Positions 51,178 to 60,462 are shown, counted from the first letter of the stretch. The stretch is DNA of 64,000 bases from Promethearchaeota archaeon (GCA_030599585.1 JAUVNS010000005.1:256001-320000), one strand, 5' to 3'. Numbers and translations are program-made. The notes: a model not told the origin generated them from the letters alone.

Positions 51178-51513
51178 TTATTCTGTGTGTTCTGCCTTTT
51201 TAAATTTAATTTTTCCTACAGGGCAAGATTGAATGCACATGAAACATTCGTAAAAAGAACCTTGGGATAACGCTTGCCAAAAATTCCACATTTCCAAGCT
51301 ATGCAATTTTTTAAATAATTTTTCCGTGGATTTTTCCTTTTCTAATTCGTAAATAAATCGGAGAATTTGTGGCAATCCATGTTTCATTGCATAAGGGCTA
51401 CATAATTTTGGGTCACATCCCGATTCAGAAATAGCTCCAGAAGGACAAGCTTTTATACATATATTGCAATCGGTACAATAATTTTTATCATCCTTAGGAG
51501 TAGGTTCTAAATC
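51178..51513 (-). pseudogene. 3' remnant of a QueG/reductive-dehalogenase-like 2x[4Fe-4S] gene
   Basis: Frame upstream of ORF-track start encodes DLEPTP...CTDCNICIKACPSGAI, then CFMCIQSCPVG; in-frame TAA lies directly before it and no start codon is present. Confidence 0.65.
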
Positions 51514-51688
51514 TTAAAATACCTCAATTTAACCCTCTTATACTAAAAATAACCAAGATATTTACTGACGGAATTTTGAAGTGCATTTTTCATAATACCA
51601 AGGTTTATCAAATTTAAAAATATACAATACATGCTTGAACAGAGATATTTATAGTTTCAAGCATAAGATTAAAATTTGGTGAAAGTAA

Positions 51689-51829
51689 ATGTCTAATAGA
51701 AATTATGGCGATAGAACGATGCACAAAGCTACATGCGCTGACTGCGGAAACGAGTGCGAAGTTCCATTTGAGCCTAAGGAAGGCAGACCTGTTTATTGTC
51801 GAGATTGTTTTAAAAAGCATAGAAGATAA
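51689..51829 (+). CDS. CxxC-x17-CxxC domain protein, 46 aa (absent from ORF track)
   Basis: MSNRNYGDRTMHKATCADCGNECEVPFEPKEGRPVYCRDCFKKHRR; GGTGA upstream. Confidence 0.9.
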   Translation: MSNRNYGDRTMHKATCADCGNECEVPFEPKEGRPVYCRDCFKKHRR

Positions 51830-52097
51830 TTAATTCTATTTTTTCTAAGTTTTGGTTACAACCAAAAACTTATTTTCTAACTTATCGAGTAATGATTTTT
51901 TTTTATTTCTTTTTTATTGTTTATTGTTTTTTTAATGAGAATATCCTTAGAAGGAAAGTTTCTATCATCATGTTTAATTGTTGATCAAATTTTGGGGTAG
52001 CTTAATTATATTTTTTCTTCGTGAAACGCCAATTTCACGCCCTTTTGTATATCGTAGAGTAGTACTTTAAACTATCTCTACATATTATGTTTAACAT

Positions 52098-53057
52098 TTA
52101 CGAACTAAATTTACGAATTCTCTTTTTTATGTCTCCAATAAAAGATTGGGATAGTACATTAGGGTTATCGAAAATACCCGGGTATTTAAAACCGGCTCTT
52201 TCTTTATGGCCTCCTCCTTTAAATTCCTTAGCAAACTCTCGACAATTAAGAAAATCGCTGTGAATTATAATCTCGTTATGCCTTGAGTCGATACCAATAA
52301 AAGCTTTCGCATGAGGATATTTCTGTCTTACCACCTTCGTAATTTTACCGCCCCCTAACTTAGCCCAAGAGATAACGACATCTCCAAATGATTCTAGAGA
52401 AATAGTTATCGCGTGTTCTAAGGCAAACGATGACTCATCTTCGAGCCATTGTTTTAAGGATTCTAATTGGGAACTAAACCATTCATTTTCAAAATCACCT
52501 TGAGATAATAATTTAACTATTCTGTGTTTATTGTGATCGTTATGAGCTCCTCTATTAAAACTGATAATTGATTGCAAATCTGAAGCTACCTCGAATATTT
52601 GAGTTCTGAAATCTGTATCTCTGGCAAATTTAGCGATGTTGTTTGATATGATATCGTTTGGTAAAAAGTAATCTTTAACTACTTCCGCCGCACATCTTTC
52701 GGGGTCATTTACATATGTATCAATTAAGTTTCTCAATCTTTCTTTAATCAAATCATCGACGATATGATGATCAAACCACAATATTTTGCATCCTCGCGTT
52801 ATTGCAGTCTCAAAATAAGCAAATAATTCTTCAAAAGAGTCATTAAAACCTATATCAGAGATTATTAACTTTGAAGGAATTTTATCTGTATCCAAAATTG
52901 CTCGAATTTTTTCAACGAAATCGATATATGTAGCAAACTCATAGATTACTTTCTTTTTTAGGACTACTGACGAAAGATCAAGATGACGTTTAATTATTGC
53001 TTGTGAGCCAAGTCCGTCGAGATCGTGTTCGTGAGTAATTGATACAATCATTCTCAA
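52098..53057 (-). CDS. DHH/DHHA1 phosphoesterase (nanoRNase-like)
   Basis: DLDGLGS, WFDHH, GGGHKERAG. Confidence 0.88.
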   Translation of the reverse strand: MRMIVSITHEHDLDGLGSQAIIKRHLDLSSVVLKKKVIYEFATYIDFVEKIRAILDTDKIPSKLIISDIGFNDSFEELFAYFETAITRGCKILWFDHHIVDDLIKERLRNLIDTYVNDPERCAAEVVKDYFLPNDIISNNIAKFARDTDFRTQIFEVASDLQSIISFNRGAHNDHNKHRIVKLLSQGDFENEWFSSQLESLKQWLEDESSFALEHAITISLESFGDVVISWAKLGGGKITKVVRQKYPHAKAFIGIDSRHNEIIIHSDFLNCREFAKEFKGGGHKERAGFKYPGIFDNPNVLSQSFIGDIKKRIRKFSS

Positions 53058-53118
53058 GTTAAATCCCTCTTAAAATTAATTAAAGCAGAAGAGTATTTTT
53101 GTTTTTTGAAATATAGTT

Positions 53119-53571
53119 TTAGAATAAATCTAAATACGGCTCAACTTTTGCTTTATTACCGTTGTTATTTACGTATTCTAAGATTTTCTTAGCTAACTCT
53201 TTCTTTTTTTCGTAATAAATTTCCATAAATTCTTCTCGAGTTTTATCTGGGTATCTCATTTGTAGCGCAGGGTCTCTCCTTGAGCACCCTCCTTTTCTCA
53301 TACAACAATACGATATTGATCCAAAACACACGAGATCGGAATCCCAATTGTTTTCTCTCGAAAAATCTTCTTTAATTTTTATAAAATCCTCTGGACTGAG
53401 TTCTAAATCTTTTAAAGCTTCATCCCGGGTACATTTAAAACCAAAAGTAAGAGAATACCCTGGTTTACAACAAAAAGTTAGACCTCGACAATCAGCACCC
53501 ATACAGATGTGAATTGGAGCATTTTCCCATCCTGGTATGTTTCTAAGTTTCTCTGGATCTAAATCAACCAT
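53119..53571 (-). CDS. methanogenesis marker 9 domain protein
   Basis: WENAPIHICMGADCRGLTFCC...CFGSISYCC. Confidence 0.8.
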   Translation of the reverse strand: MVDLDPEKLRNIPGWENAPIHICMGADCRGLTFCCKPGYSLTFGFKCTRDEALKDLELSPEDFIKIKEDFSRENNWDSDLVCFGSISYCCMRKGGCSRRDPALQMRYPDKTREEFMEIYYEKKKELAKKILEYVNNNGNKAKVEPYLDLF

Positions 53572-53694
53572 AGTATAACCCTATAAGCATTTTTTAATTG
53601 CAGAGTAAAATTCACTACAAAATATTAATTTTTTGTTTATAGTATAAAATAAGGCACCTAGAGGTAAATAAATTGAATTTATGAAAAATAAGAG

Positions 53695-53728
53695 GGCCCG
53701 ATGCGAGAATTGAACTCGCCTCTAGGGA
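53695..53728 (-). repeat. isolated tRNA 3' half (probably tRNA-His), att-site duplication
   Basis: Reverse complement TCCCT-AGAG-GCGAG-TTCAATT-CTCGC-ATCGGGC-C gives T-arm, acceptor strand and C discriminator; no D-arm or 5' half upstream. Confidence 0.8.
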
Positions 53729-53757
53729 ATAAGAATTTTAATAAAAGAGGTGATCTT

Positions 53758-54597
53758 CTAAGGTTTTTGTTTTAGATATTCTTTCTTGAAATTTTCCTTA
53801 ATTTTCGTTAAAATTTCGAGCTTTGTTTCTTTATCTAATTGTTCAAACTTGTAAACCCTCAAGCTTGCGGTGTGTTCTTTCCCATCTACAACGATTTTGT
53901 GCTTCTCTTTTTTTTGGATCGTTAAAGTAAGATCGTAATTGAGGTAGAATTCGCTAAAACCTTTTCTTTCTTTGATAGGCGTTAAATCTTCGTTCAATTC
54001 GTCAATAAAATGTAAACAAAATTTATAAATCTCCTTATGGTATTTTTCAATCCTCTCTTCAAAAAGTTGTTTTCTTTTTCGGTAGCTCTCTCTCTTAGGG
54101 GCGTTTAAAATTAATTCTATAATTTTGCTTTGGTCTTTTTCTAACTTATTTATTTCTTCTATTATTAGCTTTTCGGGTGGTGCTTTCTTAAGTTTTCTGA
54201 TTTTTAGCTCGATCTCTTTTCTGTCGTCGTTTAGATGTTTTACTGAGGATTCGAAGTCGTCAAATGAAATTAATTTTATCATTTTAAGAACTCTCAACCG
54301 TTCTTCAATCTCGTTTATGCCCGAGATTTTAGCAATTTTTTTCGTCGTGTTATTTAGTTCTTTTTGGTAAGAGTCGTTTGCAGGGGCGTTAAACACGTCC
54401 AATTGGAATTTAAAATTCTGTTCCATTAAATTCTTTTCTGCGTTTGATATGGTTTTCGTGAACGTTCCCATCTTAATCTTTTCTAAAGTGTGTTGATATT
54501 TTTTAGGTATTTTGATGTTGCTTAAGAGGTCGAGGTCTTCCGAAAAGTCGCTGTGTGAAAAAAAACTTTTTTTAATTGCCTGTGCTTTTTCTGTCAT
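53758..54597 (-). CDS. coiled-coil hypothetical protein
   Basis: 279-aa K/E-rich ORF, no motif recognised. Confidence 0.65.
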   Translation of the reverse strand: MTEKAQAIKKSFFSHSDFSEDLDLLSNIKIPKKYQHTLEKIKMGTFTKTISNAEKNLMEQNFKFQLDVFNAPANDSYQKELNNTTKKIAKISGINEIEERLRVLKMIKLISFDDFESSVKHLNDDRKEIELKIRKLKKAPPEKLIIEEINKLEKDQSKIIELILNAPKRESYRKRKQLFEERIEKYHKEIYKFCLHFIDELNEDLTPIKERKGFSEFYLNYDLTLTIQKKEKHKIVVDGKEHTASLRVYKFEQLDKETKLEILTKIKENFKKEYLKQKP

Positions 54598-54644
54598 ATT
54601 TTTTTCTCTCTTTTTTTGGAATTGGTTTTAGATTAAAAAAAAAT

Positions 54645-54836
54645 TTATGTATTTCTTAAATGGTTGTAAACTTCTTGCATTACCTTATCGTAAAAAGCTG
54701 GTTTACATAGAACTTTGAGAAAGAAGAAATCTACCTTGCAATTCAGTTCTTTAAGCTCGTTGTCGCTTAAATCGTGAGTTTTTAGGTATTCGGCAAGAAC
54801 TTCGTTTTGTTCTTTAAATTTTTGATCTTCGTTCAT
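54645..54836 (-). CDS. hypothetical protein
   Basis: ATGA overlap with upstream gene; GGAGGTGA ribosome-binding site. Confidence 0.7.
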   Translation of the reverse strand: MNEDQKFKEQNEVLAEYLKTHDLSDNELKELNCKVDFFFLKVLCKPAFYDKVMQEVYNHLRNT

Positions 54837-55759
54837 TTTAGTATATCACCTCCTTTTTTAGCGTCTTGGAAGTAGTGAGTAATGCTCTTGAAAGCTCGCT
54901 CGAACTCGTCTAACTCAAAAGAGTCCGTGATCTTACTTGCCCAACAATTGCTATAAGCGAAATTGTATTGAATGTTCTCGTCAAAAGATTTCATTAAAAG
55001 GTAGGCAGTAAGTTCCGCTAAAACTTCGTTCTTCGCGTAATCTTTGCGTATATCTCCCGCAATCTTAAGTAGCGAAACGGTTATATAATGCCCTAACTCG
55101 TGGAAAATCGTGTGTGAAGATTGCTCGTATAGAGTTATCTGGTGGGTGAGAGGATCGTAACTTCCTTTTTTGTCTTGGTGTTTGAAGTCTTCGATTATTG
55201 AAATGGTTGGATATTTTTGCTTTACGTGGTCTAAGGCGATATTGTAGTCAATTTCGTGGTTTTTCATTATTTTTTCGTCGATTTCTTTTTGTTCTTTGAG
55301 GTAATTTTCTATCTCGCTAGTCTGCGATATGTCGAACACGTTTCCCGTCTTAAAATAGCTCAATATTTTATCTGCTTTTCCGTCTTCTGATTGAATAACC
55401 GTAATTTCTTCTGTTTTCTTAGTAAAAATCGGTACTATGACTTTATACGCTTTTGATCCTTTTAGAATCTGGATATCTTGTTTTTTCCAGTTAAGAAAGC
55501 TGTTAAGAACTCCAACCAGTTTTTTGTCTAGTCTTTTTTCTGCTTGAGCTAAGACTAAACATAGGTTGCGAATTGAGTAGGTGTGCATTTGTTTGTAGTT
55601 GGCAATAATTCCGATAAAATCTTGAATGGTTTTCTTTTCGAGGAATTTTTTATAGAGGTCTTGAAGTTCGAGTTTTTCCGTCTCCTTTTTTTGTTTGTAC
55701 TGTTCTTTTTGTTCAGGCGTAAAATTATTTTTATATTTTGGTTTTGATTGGCTTATCAT
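54833..55759 (-). CDS. ArdC-like ssDNA-binding domain plus zincin (HExxH) domain
   Basis: YSIRNLCLVLAQ, FLNWKK..I.KGSKA, VFDISQT; FHELGH...EVLAE. Confidence 0.78.
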   Translation of the reverse strand: MISQSKPKYKNNFTPEQKEQYKQKKETEKLELQDLYKKFLEKKTIQDFIGIIANYKQMHTYSIRNLCLVLAQAEKRLDKKLVGVLNSFLNWKKQDIQILKGSKAYKVIVPIFTKKTEEITVIQSEDGKADKILSYFKTGNVFDISQTSEIENYLKEQKEIDEKIMKNHEIDYNIALDHVKQKYPTISIIEDFKHQDKKGSYDPLTHQITLYEQSSHTIFHELGHYITVSLLKIAGDIRKDYAKNEVLAELTAYLLMKSFDENIQYNFAYSNCWASKITDSFELDEFERAFKSITHYFQDAKKGGDILK

Positions 55760-55938
55760 AAGTATAAGAAGTTTACAAAGCTATTTATTTGTGTAGGGTG
55801 TCAAGATTTACTGAATATTAAATTGTGAGTCTAAAATTAACAAATAATAGCAATATCAATTATCTTAGCGAAGCCTTTATTATCTTAGGTTAATCTTGTT
55901 TAATCATAGTAGTGGTGTAGAAAGAAAAAAAGGAAATT

Positions 55939-56154
55939 TTAGGATTCGACTTCTAAGGTGTGTTTATCGACGAATATAAACCCCTTTGCTCCTCTTGGAA
56001 TGTACGCTGGTTTTTTCGTTTGTTGAACCCAGTCTTTAATAACTGATTGGTGAACTAACTGCCATCCCATAGAAAATAATTTGCTGTACAATTTGGATTT
56101 TAAGAACTTTTCTATAAGAGGGTTTAATTTTTTGTCTTCGGTCATTTTTATCAT
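55939..56154 (-). CDS. hypothetical protein
   Basis: Co-oriented short ORF, 9 nt from upstream gene. Confidence 0.6.
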   Translation of the reverse strand: MIKMTEDKKLNPLIEKFLKSKLYSKLFSMGWQLVHQSVIKDWVQQTKKPAYIPRGAKGFIFVDKHTLEVES

Positions 56155-56163
56155 CTCTTTGTT

Positions 56164-56760
56164 TTATGCTGTTTCCATTATCGAACTATTTTGGCTTTTA
56201 CGAGGGTTGAGTAGTGCATTGAGTTCGATCATTGAAAGTGTTTGAGGGGTAGAAAACGTTACTGCTAAATTTTGGTTTGAGCTGTTTTTGGTGATTTGGG
56301 CTTGATAAACTGAGAATCCTAACTTATCAAGAGCAGAACAAAGAACGGAGTCATCATCAATAACCACTATTGATTTGTATCGTTTACTTGACTTTATCTC
56401 GTTAATTAGTTTTATTTTTCCGTTCCAATATTTAACCATAAAGGTTTCTTCATCTATATCTTTTGTTCCTTCGCCTTCATTAAAGAAACTCTCGTCGAAT
56501 TGATATCCCTTCAGCTCTAACAAGTGCGTGATAACGCCTTCTTGAGCTTCTATTCTTCCGGTGATTAAAATGCACTCGGAGTTTTCCGAAATTCTTTCGC
56601 GGGTTTGAAACATAAATTCGTTAAAAAAGGTGTACGCTTCTATCACGCGATTAATGGTTATATTGAATCCAAAATTATCTTTATCGTTGTAAAAAATCGT
56701 ACCATCGAAATCAAGGATTATTAGGTCTATTTTCTCTTGGTCTTGTTTATTAGCTATCAT
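56164..56760 (-). CDS. HAD-superfamily phosphatase
   Basis: ILDFDGTIF, LITGR, K, VIDDD. Confidence 0.82.
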   Translation of the reverse strand: MIANKQDQEKIDLIILDFDGTIFYNDKDNFGFNITINRVIEAYTFFNEFMFQTRERISENSECILITGRIEAQEGVITHLLELKGYQFDESFFNEGEGTKDIDEETFMVKYWNGKIKLINEIKSSKRYKSIVVIDDDSVLCSALDKLGFSVYQAQITKNSSNQNLAVTFSTPQTLSMIELNALLNPRKSQNSSIMETA

Positions 56761-56769
56761 TTTCTTAGG

Positions 56770-57177
56770 TTAGATATTGTAGGTTTCTATCATTTCGTAG
56801 TTTTCTTTAACTGCTTTAATATCTTCGATATAGCACTTATCAAAGTCGTTTAGGTCGAAATTAGACTCTATTACGTAGGTTTTCCAAAAGCTGTGCATCG
56901 TCTCAAAAGTAGCTTCTAAGGTCTTGGTCTCCTCGTTCAAGGGCGTGTCAAATTCTATTCCTAACGCGCTCACGAAGTAAAAAAAAGTTTTGTTGGCTTC
57001 GTTGTGCAGGGCTTGGTAGCATTTCTTACAAACTATCCCGTTATATTTTGTTATTACTAATCTATGGAAGAAGTCGCTACAACTCCAACATTCGACTTTC
57101 TTGAAAAAATAATTTAGGTCTTTTCTGCTTACTTTACTTTTTTGGTCTATTTTTTGGTCTATTTTTAGGTCTGTCAT
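56770..57177 (-). CDS. hypothetical protein with Zn finger
   Basis: CWSC...CKKC. Confidence 0.65.
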   Translation of the reverse strand: MTDLKIDQKIDQKSKVSRKDLNYFFKKVECWSCSDFFHRLVITKYNGIVCKKCYQALHNEANKTFFYFVSALGIEFDTPLNEETKTLEATFETMHSFWKTYVIESNFDLNDFDKCYIEDIKAVKENYEMIETYNI

Positions 57178-57229
57178 TTTTATGGTTGGTCTTGGTTTAT
57201 TTTTGGTATATAAAAATAAAAAAAATTAA

Positions 57230-58390
57230 TTAAAACTCTTCCTCGTCTTCTTCAAATTCTTCTTCTGCTATTCTTGGGGCGAGATAGAAGGTTAAAGTTG
57301 TCTTGTTTAACTTCTTAAAAGACATATTAACTTTGAGGGGCGTATCGGTCTTGATTGAGAAAGCTATTTTTTCTTTTAGCTCTAAAATTGAGCAAAAATT
57401 TTTTACAACTTTTAGAAAAGATAACGAATACGATCCTTCACAATCTTTTTCTTCGAGTTTGTTAGTAAGAGTTAGTTTTTTGATTTTGTCTTGTTCTCGT
57501 TCAATTTCCAAAAGTAGTTCTTTCTCGTTGAAATTGAGGTCTACGAGGTCTTTCTTTTCGTATTCTATTTCAGAATTCCCTTGATTACTCGATTCCTTGA
57601 AGATTGTGCCTTGTAGGTTTACATTTATCTCCACAATTTCTGAGTAATACCCCAAATTCTTTATTAAGTCTTCGTAGTCGTCTTTGGTCATTTCAAACGT
57701 GTAAGGGAATACGAGATTATGTAAGGATCCAATAGAATTACCTTCCGGTTCGAAGTCTATGGTGAATAATGTTCTTTTAATAACCCTTTTTCTTTTAGGA
57801 GTGGTGAGGTTCATTTCAAGTAATTCTTCAGAAAAAATAAGTTGAACTTCCGAATTGTTGCTTGTGCATTTTAATTTGTTTTTAAAATCTTCAAGATTTA
57901 TCCCTACCTTACCGGTTCTATAACATTGATAAGTTTTGCTGCCAAAGATGATTTCCATAAGTCCGATTCTTGAGGGATCGGTTGTCACAATTATTACTCC
58001 CTCTTCGTTTAATTGGATTTGAATCTCGTCTACGAATGAGTTTAGTGCTTCTAAAAATTTGTATAGGTGGAACTGTGAAAAGGTTATTTGGGCGTACGCT
58101 TTCTTTATTACGATAAGTTCGAGGGTGGTCTTGAGATTCTTTAAGAAGTCTTTTTTCATTGAGTTGTTGTCGGTTTCTGGTAAAGGCGATTCTTCGAAAA
58201 TTTGGTCTAATCTGTTGTCTAAGTCTTGTTTAAACTCTTTTTTGAAGGTATTATTTTCGGAGTAAATCTCGGCTTTGGTAAGTCCAATACAATGAGTTTC
58301 TAGAACGGTTAATGCTTTCCTAATCTCGTCGTAGCTATTGCCTTTTTCGGCTAACTCCCCCCAGTTGTATTTTGGTTTGGTTTCGGTCAT
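57230..58390 (-). CDS. PCNA-like sliding clamp with about 95-aa N-terminal extension
   Basis: TDPSRIGLMEI, GINLEDF, YSLSFL, DTPLKV, FYLAPRI and acidic tail. Confidence 0.85.
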   Translation of the reverse strand: MTETKPKYNWGELAEKGNSYDEIRKALTVLETHCIGLTKAEIYSENNTFKKEFKQDLDNRLDQIFEESPLPETDNNSMKKDFLKNLKTTLELIVIKKAYAQITFSQFHLYKFLEALNSFVDEIQIQLNEEGVIIVTTDPSRIGLMEIIFGSKTYQCYRTGKVGINLEDFKNKLKCTSNNSEVQLIFSEELLEMNLTTPKRKRVIKRTLFTIDFEPEGNSIGSLHNLVFPYTFEMTKDDYEDLIKNLGYYSEIVEINVNLQGTIFKESSNQGNSEIEYEKKDLVDLNFNEKELLLEIEREQDKIKKLTLTNKLEEKDCEGSYSLSFLKVVKNFCSILELKEKIAFSIKTDTPLKVNMSFKKLNKTTLTFYLAPRIAEEEFEEDEEEF

Positions 58391-58560
58391 ATTAAATAGA
58401 AAGATGGTTCTAAATATAAATAGTTGGGGGCGTAAGATTTCTCAATGTTTCCAAAAAGTAAAATTACATCAGGTATGAAGTTCAAATTAATCTTTTGGTT
58501 CTCGTTCGTTTTTTGTCTCCTGTAGTAAAAGTAAAAATGGTAGGGTAGTTAGCTGTATTT

Positions 58561-59218
58561 TTTTCCAGTTTATTCTTCAAATTAATCCCTTTTTTCCAGC
58601 TTATTATTCAAATTTTTCCAGTTTATTTTTCAAAATGGAGATTTTTCTATAATTAATCGGATATTTTTTCAGAAATAAATTGGAAAATAGCAAAAATAGA
58701 TTGGAATTTTTCAGAAATAAAATGGAAAAAGTATGGTTGAGCCGTTAAACGAGCAATCTCCAAAAAAAGATAACTTTTTTCCAATTTATTATTGCAAAAA
58801 CGTAATTTTTTCCAACTTATTACTGCTATTTTTCCAAATTATTATTGCTAGAAAATTGTTTAAACTGTTTTTGTGGTAGTTCTGGGGCGATTTTTTTCCA
58901 ATTTATTATTGAAAATAACTTGTTCCTTGTAGTAAAATTTTTCCAGTTTTTTTTTCAAAATACAAATAGGAATTTTCCATAAATAACTGGAATTTTTCCA
59001 TAATAGATTGGAATTTTTCCATAAAAGACTGGAATTTTTTGGATAAAATTTTTAATCGAAATACTCGTTTTTATTGGTTTGTAATGCGCTAGCTTTTTTC
59101 TGCTAAATTTTGATAGTGATTTTTTTCCAGTTTATTTTTCAAAATTTCCAGTTTATTATTCAAAAAAATGTAATTTTTTCCAGCTTATTTTGGAAAATTT
59201 TCCAGTTTATTTTGAAAA
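58561..59218. repeat. array of about 18-20 short repeats (TTCCARYTTATTWTTCAAA-like) in alternating orientation; putative origin or partition site
   Basis: TTCCA at 58563, 58594, 58616, 58779, 58810, 58832, 58896, 58941, 59125, 59146, 59178, 59200; TGGAA at 58681, 58702, 58723, 58988, 59009, 59030. Confidence 0.85.
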
Positions 59219-59440
59219 ATTTGTGATCTGTCTAAGGAAAATAGAAGAATTAGAAGAGTCAGATTTTTCCGATAAAACCTTACTTTTTTAGAGTCTGTAT
59301 TTGATCTTTATGCGAAGCCTCTGTTATCTTCTGTTAGACTCTTCTAAACAAAGTAGCATTTTGATACATTTGTTTGCAATTGTGAACAAAGTGGTGAGTT
59401 TGTAGTAGAAATTTTACCTTAAAAAATTAAAAAAAAGGGT

Positions 59441-59659
59441 TTATAGAAGAATTGGTTTTATTTGGTTGTAAGCTTTTTCTAAATCTTGAACTGTTAAGCC
59501 CGATAACGTGTTTGAGTCAAAGTCTTCTTCTTCTCCCAGTATGTCTTTGTACATTTCAAGTTGTCCTTCGATGTATAGTCGCATTATCTCTTTGGCTTTC
59601 TTTCTATCCATTTTTTTTTCTTCCAAATTAAAATTTTTACTTATCATTGTTATTTTCAT
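59441..59659 (-). CDS. hypothetical protein
   Basis: Co-oriented short ORF; true start may be the downstream Met (MDRKK). Confidence 0.55.
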   Translation of the reverse strand: MKITMISKNFNLEEKKMDRKKAKEIMRLYIEGQLEMYKDILGEEEDFDSNTLSGLTVQDLEKAYNQIKPILL

Positions 59660-59846
59660 CTTTTTGGTTTATTTCAAATCTTTTGTATTTATTTAGTCCT
59701 TTTACTTTATATCCTATTTTAGAATCGTCCAAGTTCTTTTTTAGGTTTAAATCTAATCCGAATCTCGTTTGTTCCGATTCGCTTTCTTTCTTTGGGGCTA
59801 TTTCTTTAAATTGTTTTAAAAATTCCTTTAACTCTTTTTTGTCCAT
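59637..59846 (-). CDS. hypothetical protein
   Basis: Co-oriented short ORF 7 nt after the methyltransferase. Confidence 0.55.
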   Translation of the reverse strand: MDKKELKEFLKQFKEIAPKKESESEQTRFGLDLNLKKNLDDSKIGYKVKGLNKYKRFEINQKDENNNDK

Positions 59847-59853
59847 TAAGTAA

Positions 59854-60462
59854 TCACTTCTCTAAAGATTTTTTTGATGTTAAAATGTAAGCTCCTTTCG
59901 AATTTAGAGGGGTTATTTGAGCGTAATTAGAAAAAATATCAAAAATCTCTTTCTTGGTAAAAAAATGTTGAAAAGTAGGTCGAGTAGTAATGTATCCGTC
60001 TTGAAATCTGATCCAATTGTCCTTTGCTTCGTATTTATCTTGCCGAACTCCAATTAACACAATGCTTTCATCTCTTAGGAATTTTAATAAAGTTTGAATG
60101 ACGGTCTCTCTGTCAATTTTGACTATAACATTTAACACGTAGTTGCATACTATCAAATCAAACGAATCGCGTAAAATTTGTTTGCTTGAGTTGTAGCCAA
60201 AATCTTTGTGAGGATCGTAGCCAATATAGAAAGGAAACTCTTCTTTTAAAGTATTTTCGTCTCGACCTTTACCACAACCGTAATCCAATACTATTCGAAT
60301 CTTACTCTTTATTTCAGGATTATCGTTTAACCACTTAAGAAAATCTTTAGTTGGGGAGGTTGTTCCGTTCGATTTGCCCAGAGCCGTCTTGTGATAATTT
60401 GATCGCAATAAATTGATAGTGTCGATCTCACTAAGCTTTTGAACTTGTTCTCGAACTTCCAT
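59854..60462 (-). CDS. class I SAM methyltransferase resembling the DNA phosphorothioation-associated methyltransferase domain
   Basis: HKTAL, VLDYGCGKGRD, GYDP, NYVLNVI, DGYITTRPTFQHFF. Confidence 0.78.
   Translation of the reverse strand: MEVREQVQKLSEIDTINLLRSNYHKTALGKSNGTTSPTKDFLKWLNDNPEIKSKIRIVLDYGCGKGRDENTLKEEFPFYIGYDPHKDFGYNSSKQILRDSFDLIVCNYVLNVIVKIDRETVIQTLLKFLRDESIVLIGVRQDKYEAKDNWIRFQDGYITTRPTFQHFFTKKEIFDIFSNYAQITPLNSKGAYILTSKKSLEK

Noticed and set aside
51614-51820. 68-aa minus-strand ORF
   Set aside because: Shadow of the plus-strand CxxC-x17-CxxC gene
53695-53770. Complete tRNA gene
   Set aside because: No anticodon loop, D-arm or 5' acceptor strand can be built upstream; treated as an att remnant
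58561-59218. CRISPR array
   Set aside because: Repeats are short, degenerate and in both orientations, with no 30-40 bp unique spacers; no cas genes
58561-59218. Host chromosomal oriC with ORB boxes
   Set aside because: Only TTCCAG matches; no G-string, no orc1/cdc6 nearby, and it lies inside the integrated element
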